Shown piece after piece: positions 11,686-25,900 of a stretch of 64,000 bases of DNA; position 1 is the first letter of the stretch; every line of letters starts with the position of its first letter. The position numbers and the translations under genes are program-made. A model generated the notes under the pieces. That model did not search any database. It saw nothing but the letters and a program-made list of their open reading frames with translations, and had not been told where the DNA came from. The stretch lies in contig CAXHJY010000888.1 in assembly GCA_964016885.1 (NCBI GenBank), positions 1 to 64,000 of the forward strand. Reading direction: 5' to 3'. The DNA comes from Eledone cirrhosa. Lineage: Eukaryota.

Positions 11686-12548
11686 GTGGTGGTGGTAATG
11701 GTGGTGGTGATAGTGGTGGTGGTGGTGGTGGTGTGATGGTGGTAGTGGGGGTGGTGATAGTGGTGGTGGTGATAGTGGTGGTGGTGGTGGTGATAGTGGT
11801 GGTGGTGGTGGTAATGGTGGTGGTAATGGTGGTGGTGGTGATAGTGGTGGTGGTGGTGATAGGTGGTGGTGGTGATAGTGGTGGTGGTGGTGATAGTGGT
11901 GGTGGTGGTGGTGATGGTGATAGTGGTGGTGGTGGTGGTGATGGTGATAGTGGTGGTGGTGGTGGTGATGGTGATAGTGGTGGTGGTGATGGTGATAGTG
12001 GTGGTGGTGATAGTGGTGGTGGTGGTGGTGGTGGATAGGTGGTGGTGGTGATAGTGGTGGTGGTGGTGGTGATGGTGATAGTGGTGGTGGTGGTGGTGAT
12101 GGTGATAGTGGTGGTGGTGATGGTGATAGTGGTGGTGGTGGTGGTGGTGGTGGTGATAGTGGTGGTGGTGGTGGTGGTGGCAGTGATGGTGGTGGTGATA
12201 GTGGTTGTGGTGGTGGTGCTGTTGGTGGTGATAGTGGTGGTGGTGATAGTGGTGGTGGTGGTAGTGGGGGTGATAGTGGTGGTGGTGGTGGTAGTGGTGG
12301 TGGTAGTGGTGGTGGTAGTGGTGGTAGTAGTGGTGGTGGTAGTGGTGGTAGTGGTGGTGGTGGTGGTGGTGGTGGTGGTGGTAGTGGTGGTGATGGTAGT
12401 AGTAGTTGTGATGTTGGTGGTTGTAGTAGTAGTTGTGGTGTTGGTGGTGGCAGTAGTAGTAGTGGTGGTGGTGGTGGTAGTAGTAGTAGTGGTGGTGGTG
12501 GTGGTAGTAGTAGTAGTGGTGGTAGTAGTAGTAGTGGTGGTGGTGGTG
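11686..12548. repeat. (GGT/GAT/AGT)n compound trinucleotide microsatellite
   Basis: Read directly. It explains the poly-His/Val/Gly ORFs. Confidence 0.95.
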
Positions 12549-12619
12549 TTCTAGAAGTAATCTTATTAAAAGAATATGTGACTTGTCAAGCACAGAACAC
12601 CCCCTTCCTACCCTCAACC

Positions 12620-12769
12620 ATACACTCGTACACATATATACACATACATAAATACATGCCTATACATACATATATGCATACACATACATAAATACATGCC
12701 TATACATACATACATACATATATACACATATACATACATATATGCATACACATACATACACACACACAT

Positions 12770-12825
<56 letters not shown>

Positions 12826-13405
12826 GCCTACATACATACGCACACACACACAAACACATTCGCATAAACATACATACACACACATACATACACACACATT
12901 CACACACATACACACAGATTCATGCGCATTCACATAAAGACCAAGAACTATTCCTCTCTACACCCCCACCCCCGTTCACCCATACACACACACACACATA
13001 CACACATACACACCTACACACCTACACAAAACTCGTCCCCCTCTCCATACTGTTGCTTTGTTTCCACACACACCCGGCCACCCCTCTTCCATCTCCACAT
13101 ATACAGAGATTAACCCCATCCCTTACACACATACATACACTGAAGCCCCCTCTTCACCACACACAATCCACCCACATCTCTCTCTCCACCCCTCATCTCT
13201 ATACGTACAGAAACTCCCACCCCACTCATGTCTACCGACACACACACACACACACACATACACACACACAACCTCCCTCTCTCCACATACAATCCACCCC
13301 TCCCCTTCTCTCTCCACCCCTATGTCGACCGACACTCAACACACTGAACCCGTCCCCTTCTCCACTCCCCACACAAGCCCCCCTCCTCTCTCTCTATATA
13401 TATAT
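12620..13405. repeat. (CA)n/(TACA)n/(TA)n and C-rich low-complexity region
   Basis: Read directly. Confidence 0.85.
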
Positions 13406-13636
13406 ACAGGGATCCAACCCCTTCATCCTGAATTTACCCTCTTACGCTTCAGTAAGTTTCAACCTCATCGTCAGCATGGTTTCATTTTGGCATCAACAGG
13501 CTTGCAACAAGCCAATCTTCATTAAAAAAGCAGCCGAGATTAATTTTAAATCCTCGGGGACCAATCTGTCAGTTACTGGACCGTATCGATATATCATCTT
13601 GAAAATCTGAATTAGTTCAATACCGAACAATTTGAT

Positions 13637-13750
13637 GTTATTAACCCTTTCCTTACCATATAACTAATGAAAGACGCTGTCTATGGTATTCAAATCAGTT
13701 TTGAAAAAGGAAGTAATGTGACTAACTTTATTATTAAGCTGGGGCGTTGG
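13637..13750 (+). mobile_element. 5' fragment of TTAA-CCC-ended MITE (single progenitor-like monomer plus downstream sequence)
   Basis: TTAA-CCCTTTCCTTACCATA...; 13685-13750 aligns with 50426-50499 and more loosely with 51110-51205. Confidence 0.85.
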
Positions 13751-13941
13751 CAGTATCGGTAGAGCGTCGGTCAACATGCTTGACGGCACAGAGTTAGGGC
13801 CCTTTACGTTCTGAGATTAGTTAGCTTTGCCTTTCATCCTTTCGGGGTCGATAAAATAAAGTACGAGTGACGTACTGGAGTCGACTTAATCGACTTTCCC
13901 CCTCTCCCAAAATTGTTGGCCTTGTACTTCAATCAGAAACC
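13746..13941 (+). mobile_element. SINE family A with B box deleted, abutting the satellite
   Basis: TTGGCAGTATCGGTAGAGCG...GCCTTTCATCCTTTCGGGGTCGATAAAATAAAGTAC...AATCAGAAACC. Colinear with 5710-5893 and 57065-57625. Confidence 0.9.
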
Positions 13942-16900
13942 GTTATCAACCCTTTCCTTACCATATATCTAATGACAGACGGTGTCTATGTTATCAACCC
14001 TTTCCTTACCATATATCTAATGACCGAGAGTGTCTATGTTATCAACCCTTTCCTTACTATATATCTAATGACCGACAGTGTCTATGTCATTAACCCTTTC
14101 CTTACCATATATCTAATGACAGACGGTGTCTATGTCATTAACCCTTTCCTTACCATATATCTAATGACCGACGGTGTCTATGTTATCAACCCTTTCCTTA
14201 CTATATATCTAATGACCGACAGTGTCTATGTCATTAACCCTTTCCTTACCATATATCTAATGACAGACGGTGTCTATGTCATTAACCCTTTCCTTACCAT
14301 ATATCTAATGACAGACGGTGTCTATGTTATCAACCCTTTCCTTACCATATATCTAATGACCGACGGTGTCTATGTTATCAACCCTTTCCTTACTATATAT
14401 CTAATGACCGACAGTGTCTATGTTATCAACCCTTTCCTTACCATATATCTAATGACCGACGGTGTCTATGTCATTAACCCTTTCCTTACCATATATCTAA
14501 TGACAGACGGTGTCTATGTTATCAACCCTTTCCTTACCATATATCTAATGCCCGACGGTGTCTATGTTATCAACCCTTTCCTTACCATATATCTAATGAC
14601 CGACGGTGTCTATGTCATTAACCCTTTCCTTACCATATATCTAATGACCGACGGTGTCTATGTCATTAACCCTTTCCTTACCATATATCTAATGACCGAC
14701 AGTGTCTATGTTATCAACCCTTTCATTACCATATATCTAATGACCGACGGTGTCTATGTTATCAACCCTTTCCTTACCATATATCTAATGCCCGACGGTG
14801 TCTATGTTATCAACCCTTTCCTTACCATATATCTAATGACCGACGGTGTCTATGTTATCAACCCTTTCCTTACCATATATCTAATGCCCGACGGTGTCTA
14901 TGTCATTAACCCTTTCCTTACCATATATCTAATGACCGAGAGTGACTATGTCATTAACCCTTTCCTTACCATATATCTAATGCCCGACGGTGTCTATGTC
15001 ATTAACCCTTTCATTACCATATATCTAATGCCCGACGGTGTCTATGTTATCAACCCTTTCCTTACCATATATCTAATGACCGACGGTGTCTATGTTATCG
15101 ACCCTTTCCTTACCATATATCTAATGCCCGACGGTGTCTATGTCATTAACCCTTTCCTTACCATATATCTAATGACCGAGAGTGTCTATGTCATTAACTC
15201 TTTCCTTACCATATATCTAATGCCCGACGGTGTCTATGTCATCAACCCTTTCCTTACCATATATCTAATGCCCGACGGTGTCTATGTTATCAACCCTTTC
15301 CTTACCATATATCTAATGACCGACGGTGTCTATGTTATCAACCCTTTCCTTACCATATATCTAATGCCCGACGGTGTCTATGTCATTAACCCTTTCCTTA
15401 CCATATATCTAATGACCGACGGTGTCTATGTTATCAACCCTTTCCTTACCATATATCTAATGACCGACGGTGTCTATGTCATTAACCCTTTCATTACCAT
15501 ATATCTAATGACCGACAGTGTCTATGTCATTAACCCTTTCCTTACCATATATCTAATGCTCGACGGTATCTATGTCATCAACCCTTTCCTTACCATATAT
15601 CTAATGACCGACGGTGTCTAATATTATCAACCCTTTCCTTACCATATATCTAATGCCCGACGGTGTCTATGTCATTAACCCTTTCCTTACCATATATCTA
15701 ATGACCGAGAGTGTCTATGTCATTAACCCTTTCCTTACCATATATCTAATGCCCGACGGTGTCTATGTCATTAACCCTTTCCTTACCAAATATCTAATGC
15801 CCGACGGTATCTATGTCATCAACCCTTTCCTTACCATATATCTAATGACCGACGGTGTCTATGTTATCAACCCTTTCCTTACCATATATCTAATGACCGA
15901 TGGTGTCTATGTCATTAACCCTTTCCTTACCATATATCTAATGACCGAGAGTGTCTATGTCATCAACCCTTTCCTTACCATATATCTAATGCCCGACGGT
16001 ATCTATGTCATCAACCCTTTCCTTACCATATATCTAATGACCGACGGTGTCTATGTTATCAACCCTTTCCTTACCATATATCTAATGACCGACGGTGTCT
16101 ATGTCATTAACCCTTTCATTACCATATATCTAATGACCGACAGTGTCTATGTCATCAACCCTTTCCTTACCATATATCTAATGACCGAGAGTGTCTATGT
16201 CATTAACCCTTTCCTTACCATATATCTAATGCCCGACGCTGTCTATGTCATTAACCCTTTCCTTACCATATATCTAATGCCCGACGGTATCTATGTCATC
16301 AACCCTTTCCTTACCATATATCTAATGACCGACGGTGTCTATGTTATCAACCCTTTCCTTACCATATATCTAATGACCGACGGTGTCTATGTTATCAACC
16401 CTTTCCTTACCATATATCTAATGCCCGACGGTGTCTATGTCATTAACCCTTTCCTTACCATATATCTAATGACCGACGGTGTCTATGTTATCAACCCTTA
16501 CCTTACCATATATCTAATGACAGACGGTGTCTATGTTATCAACCCTTTCCTTACCATTTATCTAATGACAGACGGTGTCTATGTTATCAACCCTTTCCTT
16601 ACCATATATCTAATGACAGACGGTGTCTATGTTATCAACCCTTTCCTTACCATTTATCTAATGCCCGACGGTATCTATGTCATCAACCCTTTCCTTACCA
16701 TATATCTAATGACCGACGGTGTCTATGTTATCAACCCTTTCCTTACCATATATCTAATGACAGACGGTGTCTATGTTATCAACCCTTTCCTTACCATTTA
16801 TCTAATGACAGACGGTGTCTATGTTATCAACCCTTTCCTTACCATATATCTAATGACAGACGGTGTCTATGTTATCAACCCTTTCCTTACCATTTATCTA

Positions 16901-19900
16901 ATGCCCGACGGTATCTATGTCATCAACCCTTTCCTTACCATATATCTAATGACCGACGGTGTCTATGTTATCAACCCTTTCCTTACCATATATCTAATGA
17001 CCGACGGTGTCTATGTCATTAACCCTTTCATTACCATATATCTAATGACCGACAGTGTCTATGTCATCAACCCTTTCCTTACCATATATCTAATGACCGA
17101 CAGTGTCTATGTCATCAACCCTTTCCTTACCATATATCTAATGACCGACAGTGTCTATGTTATCAACCCTTTCCTTACCATATATCTAATGACCGACGGT
17201 GTCTATGTCATCAACCCTTTCCTTACCATATATCTAACGACCGACAGTGTCTATGTCATCAACCCTTTCCTTACCATATATCTAATGACCGACAGTGTCT
17301 ATGTCATCAACCCTTTCCTTACCATATATCTAATGACCGACAGTGTCTATGTTATCAACCCTTTCCTTACCATATATCTAATGACCGACGGTGTCTATGT
17401 CATTAACCCTTTCCTTACCATATATCTAATGACCGACAGTGTCTATGTTATCAACCCTTTCCTTACCATATATCTAATGACCGACGGTGTCTATGTTATC
17501 AACCCTTTCCTTACCATATATCTAATGACCGACGGTGTCTATGTCATTAACCCTTTCCTTACCATATATCTAATGCCCGACGGTATCTATGTCATCAACC
17601 CTTTCCTTACCATATATCTAATGACCGACGGTGTCTAATATTATCAACCCTTTCCTTACCATATATCTAATGCCCGACGGTGTCTATGTCATTAACCCTT
17701 TCCTTACCATATATCTAATGACCGAGAGTGTCTATGTCATTAACCCTTTCCTTACCATATATCTAATGCCCGACGGTGTCTATGTCATTAACCCTTTCCT
17801 TACCATATATCTAATGCCCGACGGTATCTATGTCATCAACCCTTTCCTTACCATATATCTAATGACCGACGGTGTCTATGTTATCAACCCTTTCCTTACC
17901 ATATATCTAATGACCGACGGTGTCTATGTTATCAACCCTTTCCTTACCATATATCTAATGCCCGACGGTGTCTATGTCATTAACCCTTTCCTTACCATAT
18001 ATCTAATGACCGACGGTGTCTATGTTATCAACCCTTTCCTTACCATATATCTAATGACAGACGGTGTCTATGTTATCAACCCTTTCCTTACCATTTATCT
18101 AATGACAGACGGTGTCTATGTTATCAACCCTTTCCTTACCATATATCTAATGACAGACGGTGTCTATGTTATCAACCCTTTCCTTACCATATATCTAATG
18201 ACCGACGGTGTCTATGTTATCAATACTTTCCTTACCATATATCTAATGACCGACGGTGTCTATGTCATTAACCCTTTCCTTACCATATATCTAATGACCG
18301 AGAGTGTCTATGTCATCAACCCTTTCCTTACCATATATCTAATGCCCGACGGTATCTATGTCATCAACCCTTTCCTTACCATATATCTAATGACCGACGG
18401 TGTCTATGTTATCAACCCTTTCCTTACCATATATCTAATGACCGATGGTGTCTATGTCATTAACCCTTTCCTTACCATATATCTAATGACCGACAGTGTC
18501 TATGTCATCAACCCTTTCCTTACCATATATCTAATGCCCGACGGTATCTATGTCATCAACCCTTTCCTTACCATATATCTAATGACCGACGGTGTCTATG
18601 TTATCAACCCTTTCCTTACCATATATCTAATGACCGACGGTGTCTATGTCATTAACCCTTTCATTACCATATATCTAATGACCGACAGTGTCTATGTCAT
18701 CAACCCTTTCCTTACCATATATCTAATGACCGACAGTGTCTATGTCATCAACCCTTTCCTTACCATATATCTAATGACCGACAGTGTCTATGTTATCAAC
18801 CCTTTCCTTACCATATATCTAATGACCGACGGTGTCTATGTCATCAACCCTTTCCTTACCATATATCTAACGACCGACAGTGTCTATGTCATCAACCCTT
18901 TCCTTACCATATATCTAATGACCGACAGTGTCTATGTCATCAACCCTTTCCTTACCATATATCTAATGACCGACAGTGTCTATGTTATCAACCCTTTCCT
19001 TACCATATATCTAATGACCGACGGTGTCTATGTCATTAACCCTTTCCTTACCATATATCTAATGACCGACAGTGTCTATGTTATCAACCCTTTCCTTACC
19101 ATATATCTAATGACCGACGGTGTCTATGTTATCAACCCTTTCCTTACCATATATCTAATGCCCGACGGTGTCAATGTCATTAACCCTTTCCTTACCATAT
19201 ATCTAATGACCGACGGTGTCTATGTTATCAACCCTTTCCTTACCATATATCTAATGACCGACGGTGTCTATGTCATTAACCCTTTCATTACCATATATCT
19301 AATGACCGACAGTGTCTATGTCATTAACCCTTTCCTTACCATATATCTAATGCCCGACGGTATCTATGTCATCAACCCTTTCCTTACCATATATCTAATG
19401 ACCGACGGTGTCTAATATTATCAACCCTTTCCTTACCATATATCTAATGCCCGACGGTGTCTATGTCATTAACCCTTTCCTTACCATATATCTAATGACC
19501 GAGAGTGTCTATGTCATTAACCCTTTCCTTACCATATATCTAATGCCCGACGGTGTCTATGTCATTAACCCTTTCCTTACCATATATCTAATGCCCGACG
19601 GTGTCTATGTCATTAACCCTTTCCTTACCATATATCTAATGACCGAGAGTGTCTATGTCATTAACCCTTTCCTTACCATATATCTAATGCCCGACGCTGT
19701 CTATGTCATTAACCCTTTCCTTACCATATATCTAATGCCCGACGGTATCTATGTCATCAACCCTTTCCTTACCATATATCTAATGACCGACGGTGTCTAT
19801 GTTATCAACCCTTTCCTTACCATATATCTAATGACCGACGGTGTCTATGTTATCAACCCTTTCCTTACCATATATCTAATGCCCGACGGTGTCTATGTCA

Positions 19901-22900
19901 TTAACCCTTTCCTTACCATATATCTAATGACCGACGGTGTCTATGTTATCAACCCTTTCCTTACCATATATCTAATGACAGACGGTGTCTATGTTATCAA
20001 CCCTTTCCTTACCATTTATCTAATGACAGACGGTGTCTATGTTATCAACCCTTTCCTTACCATATATCTAATGACCGACGGTGTCTATGTTATCAACCCT
20101 TTCCTTACCATATATCTAATGACCGACGGTGTCTATGTCATTAACCCTTTCCTTACCATATATCTAATAACCGAGAGTGTCTATGTCATCAACCCTTTCC
20201 TTACCATATATCTAATGCCCGACGGTATCTATGTCATCAACCCTTTCCTTACCATATATCTAATGACCGACGGTGTCTATGTTATCAACCCTTTCCTTAC
20301 CATATATCTAATGACCGATGGTGTCTATGTCATTAACCCTTTCCTTACCATATATCTAATGACCGAGAGTGTCTATGTCATCAACCCTTTCCTTACCATA
20401 TATCTAATGCCCGACGGTATCTATGTCATCAACCCTTTCCTTACCATATATCTAATGACCGACGGTGTCTATGTTATCAACCCTTTCCTTACCATATATC
20501 TAATGACCGACGGTGTCTATGTTATCAACCCTTTCCTTACCATATATCTAATGACCGACGGTATCTATGTCATCAACCCTTTCCTTACCATATATCTAAT
20601 GACCGACGGTGTCTATGTTATCAACCCTTTCCTTACCATATATCTAATGCCCGACGGTGTCTATGTTATCAACCCTTTCCTTACCATATATCTAATGACC
20701 GACGGTGTCTATGTCATTAACCCTTTCATTACCATATATCTAATGACCGACAGTGTCTATGTCATCAACCCTTTCCTTACCATATATCTAATGACCGACA
20801 GTGTCTATGTCATCAACCCTTTCCTTACCATATATCTAATGACCGACAGTGTCTATGTTATCAACCCTTTCCTTACCATATATCTAATGACCGACGGTGT
20901 CTATGTCATCAACCCTTTCCTTACCATATATCTAACGACCGACAGTGTCTATGTCATCAACCCTTTCCTTACCATATATCTAATGACCGACAGTGTCTAT
21001 GTCATCAACCCTTTCCTTACCATATATCTAATGACCGACAGTGTCTATGTTATCAACCCTTTCCTTACCATATATCTAATGACCGACGGTGTCTATGTCA
21101 TTAACCCTTTCCTTACCATATATCTAATGACCGACAGTGTCTATGTTATCAACCCTTTCCTTACCATATATCTAATGACCGACGGTGTCTATGTTATCAA
21201 CCCTTTCCTTACCATATATCTAATGACCGACGGTGTCTATGTCATTAACCCTTTCCTTACCATATATCTAATGCCCGACGGTATCTATGTCATCAACCCT
21301 TTCCTTACCATATATCTAATGACCGACGGTGTCTAATATTATCAACCCTTTCCTTACCATATATCTAATGCCCGACGGTGTCTATGTCATTAACCCTTTC
21401 CTTACCATATATCTAATGACCGAGAGTGTCTATGTCATTAACCCTTTCCTTACCATATATCTAATGCCCGACGGTGTCTATGTCATTAACCCTTTCCTTA
21501 CCATATATCTAATGCCCGACGGTATCTATGTCATCAACCCTTTCCTTACCATATATCTAATGACCGACGGTGTCTATGTTATCAACCCTTTCCTTACCAT
21601 ATATCTAATGACCGACGGTGTCTATGTTATCAACCCTTTCCTTACCATATATCTAATGCCCGACGGTGTCTATGTCATTAACCCTTTCCTTACCATATAT
21701 CTAATGACCGACGGTGTCTATGTTATCAACCCTTTCCTTACCATATATCTAATGACAGACGGTGTCTATGTTATCAACCCTTTCCTTACCATTTATCTAA
21801 TGACAGACGGTGTCTATGTTATCAACCCTTTCCTTACCATATATCTAATGACAGACGGTGTCTATGTTATCAACCCTTTCCTTACCATATATCTAATGAC
21901 CGACGGTGTCTATGTTATCAACCCTTTCCTTACCATATATCTAATGACCGACGGTGTCTATGTCATTAACCCTTTCCTTACCATATATCTAATGACCGAG
22001 AGTGTCTATGTCATCAACCCTTTCCTTACCATATATCTAATGCCCGACGGTATCTATGTCATCAACCCTTTCCTTACCATATATCTAATGACCGACGGTG
22101 TCTATGTTATCAACCCTTTCCTTACCATATATCTAATGACCGATGGTGTCTATGTCATTAACCCTTTCCTTACCATATATCTAATGACCGAGAGTGTCTA
22201 TGTCATCAACCCTTTCCTTACCATATATCTAATGCCCGACGGTATCTATGTCATCAACCCTTTCCTTACCATATATCTAATGACCGACGGTGTCTATGTT
22301 ATCAACCCTTTCCTTACCATATATCTAATGACCGACGGTGTCTATGTCATTAACCCTTTCATTACCATATATCTAATGACCGACAGTGTCTATGTCATCA
22401 ACCCTTTCCTTACCATATATCTAATGACCGACAGTGTCTATGTCATCAACCCTTTCCTTACCATATATCTAATGACCGACAGTGTCTATGTTATCAACCC
22501 TTTCCTTACCATATATCTAATGACCGACGGTGTCTATGTCATCAACCCTTTCCTTACCATATATCTAACGACCGACAGTGTCTATGTCATCAACCCTTTC
22601 CTTACCATATATCTAATGACCGACAGTGTCTATGTCATCAACCCTTTCCTTACCATATATCTAATGACCGACAGTGTCTATGTTATCAACCCTTTCCTTA
22701 CCATATATCTAATGACCGACGGTGTCTATGTCATCAACCCTTTCCTTACCATATATCTAACGACCGACAGTGTCTATGTCATCAACCCTTTCCTTACCAT
22801 ATATCTAATGACCGACGGTGTCTATGTCATCAACCCTTTCCTTACCATATATCTAACGACCGACGGTGTCTATGTTATCAACCCTTTCCTTACCATATAT

Positions 22901-25900
22901 CTAATGACCGACAGTGTCTATGTTATCAACCCTTTCCTTACCATATATCTAATGACCGACGGTGTCTATGTCATTAACCCTTTCCTTACCATATATCTAA
23001 TGACCGACAGTGTCTATGTTATCAACCCTTTCCTTACCATATATCTAATGACCGACGGTGTCTATGTTATCAACCCTTTCCTTACCATATATCTAATGCC
23101 CGACGGTGTCTATGTCATTAACCCTTTCCTTACCATATATCTAATGACCGACGGTGTCTATGTTATCAACCCTTTCCTTACCATATATCTAATGACCGAC
23201 GGTGTCTATGTCATTAACCCTTTCATTACCATATATCTAATGACCGACAGTGTCTATGTCATTAACCCTTTCCTTACCATATATCTAATGCCCGACGGTA
23301 TCTATGTCATCAACCCTTTCCTTACCATATATCTAATGACCGACGGTGTCTAATATTATCAACCCTTTCCTTACCATATATCTAATGCCCGACGGTGTCT
23401 ATGTCATTAACCCTTTCCTTACCATATATCTAATGACCGAGAGTGTCTATGTCATTAACCCTTTCCTTACCATATATCTAATGCCCGACGGTGTCTATGT
23501 CATTAACCCTTTCCTTACCATATATCTAATGCCCGACGGTATCTATGTCATCAACCCTTTCCTTACCATATATCTAATGACCGACGGTGTCTATGTTATC
23601 AACCCTTTCCTTACCATATATCTAATGCCCGACGGTGTCTATGTCATTATCCCTTTCCTTACCATATATCTAATGACCGACGGTGTCTATGTTATCAACC
23701 CTTTCCTTACCATATATCTAATGACCGACGGTGTCTATGTTATCAACCCTTTCCTTACCATATATCTAATGCCCGACGGTGTCTATGTCATTAACCCTTT
23801 CCTTACCATATATCTAATGACCGACGGTGTCTATGTCATTATCCCTTTCCTTACCATATATCTAATGACCGACGGTGTCTATGTTATCAACCCTTTCCTT
23901 ACCATATATCTAATGACAGACGGTGTCTATGTTATCAACCCTTTCCTTACCATTTATCTAATGACAGACGGTGTCTATGTTATCAACCCTTTCCTTACCA
24001 TATATCTAATGCCCGACGGTATCTATGTCATCAACCCTTTCCTTACCATATATCTAATGACCGACGGTATCTATGTCATCAACCCTTTCCTTACCATATA
24101 TCTAATGACCGACGGTGTCTATGTTATCAACCCTTTCCTTACCATATATCTAATGACCGACGGTGTCTATGTTATCAACCCTTTCCTTACCATATATCTA
24201 ATGCCCGACGGTGTCTATGTCATTAACCCTTTCCTTACCATATATCTAATGACCGACGGTGTCTATGTTATCAACCCTTTCCTTACCATATATCTAATGA
24301 CAGACGGTGTCTATGTCATCAACCCTTTCCTTACCATATATCTAATGACCGACGGTGTCTATGTTATCAACCCTTTCCTTACCATATATCTAATGACCGA
24401 CGGTGTCTATGTTATCAACCCTTTCCTTACCATATATCTAATGCCCGACGGTGTCTATGTCATTAACCCTTTCCTTACCATATATCTAATGACCGACGGT
24501 GTCTATGTTATCAACCCTTTCCTTACCATATATCTAATGACAGACGGTGTCTATGTTATCAACCCTTTCCTTACCATATATCTAATGACAGACGGTGTCT
24601 ATGTTATCAACCCTTTCCTTACCATTTATCTAATGACAGACGGTGTCTATGTTATCAACCCTTTCCTTACCATATATCTAATGACAGACGGTGTCTATGT
24701 TATCAACCCTTTCCTTACCATATATCTAATGACAGACGGTGTCTATGTTATCAACCCTTTCCTTACCATATATCTAATGACCGACGGTGTCTATGTTATC
24801 AACCCTTTCCTTACCATATATCTAATGACCGAGAGTGTCTATGTTATCAACCCTTTCCTTACCATATATCTAATGACCGACGGTGTCTATGTTATCAATA
24901 CTTTCCTTACCATATATCTAATGACCGACGGTGTCTATGTCATTAACCCTTTCCTTACCATATATCTAATGACCGAGAGTGTCTATGTCATCAACCCTTT
25001 CCTTACCATATATCTAATGCCCGACGGTATCTATGTCATCAACCCTTTCCTTACCATATATCTAATGACCGACGGTGTCTATGTTATCAACCCTTTCCTT
25101 ACCATATATCTAATGACCGACGGTGTCTATGTCATTAACCCTTTCATTACCATATATCTAATGACCGACAGTGTCTATGTCATCAACCCTTTCCTTACCA
25201 TATATCTAACGACCGACAGTGTCTATGTCATCAACCCTTTCCTTACCATATATCTAATGACCGACAGTGTCTATGTCATTAACCCTTTCCTTACCATATA
25301 TCTAATGCCCGACGGTATCTATGTCATCAACCCTTTCCTTACCATATATCTAATGACCGACGGTGTCTAATATTATCAACCCTTTCCTTACCATATATCT
25401 AATGCCCGACGGTGTCTATGTCATTAACCCTTTCCTTACCATATATCTAATGACCGAGAGTGTCTATGTCATTAACCCTTTCCTTACCATATATCTAATG
25501 CCCGACGGTGTCTATGTCATTAACCCTTTCCTTACCATATATCTAATGCCCGACGGTGTCTATGTCATTAACCCTTTCCTTACCATATATCTAATGACCG
25601 AGAGTGTCTATGTCATTAACCCTTTCCTTACCATATATCTAATGCCCGACGCTGTCTATGTCATTAACCCTTTCCTTACCATATATCTAATGCCCGACGG
25701 TATCTATGTCATCAACCCTTTCCTTACCATATATCTAATGACCGACGGTGTCTATGTTATCAACCCTTTCCTTACCATATATCTAATGACCGACGGTGTC
25801 TATGTTATCAACCCTTTCCTTCCCATATATCTAATGCCCGACGGTGTCTATGTCATTAACCCTTTCCTTACCATATATCTAATGACCGACGGTGTCTATG

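Noticed and set aside
11622-12635. Histidine-rich protein such as a cephalopod beak protein
   Set aside because: It is a (CAC/CAT/TAC)n microsatellite that drifts between frames and lacks the Gly/Ala/His motif organisation of such proteins.
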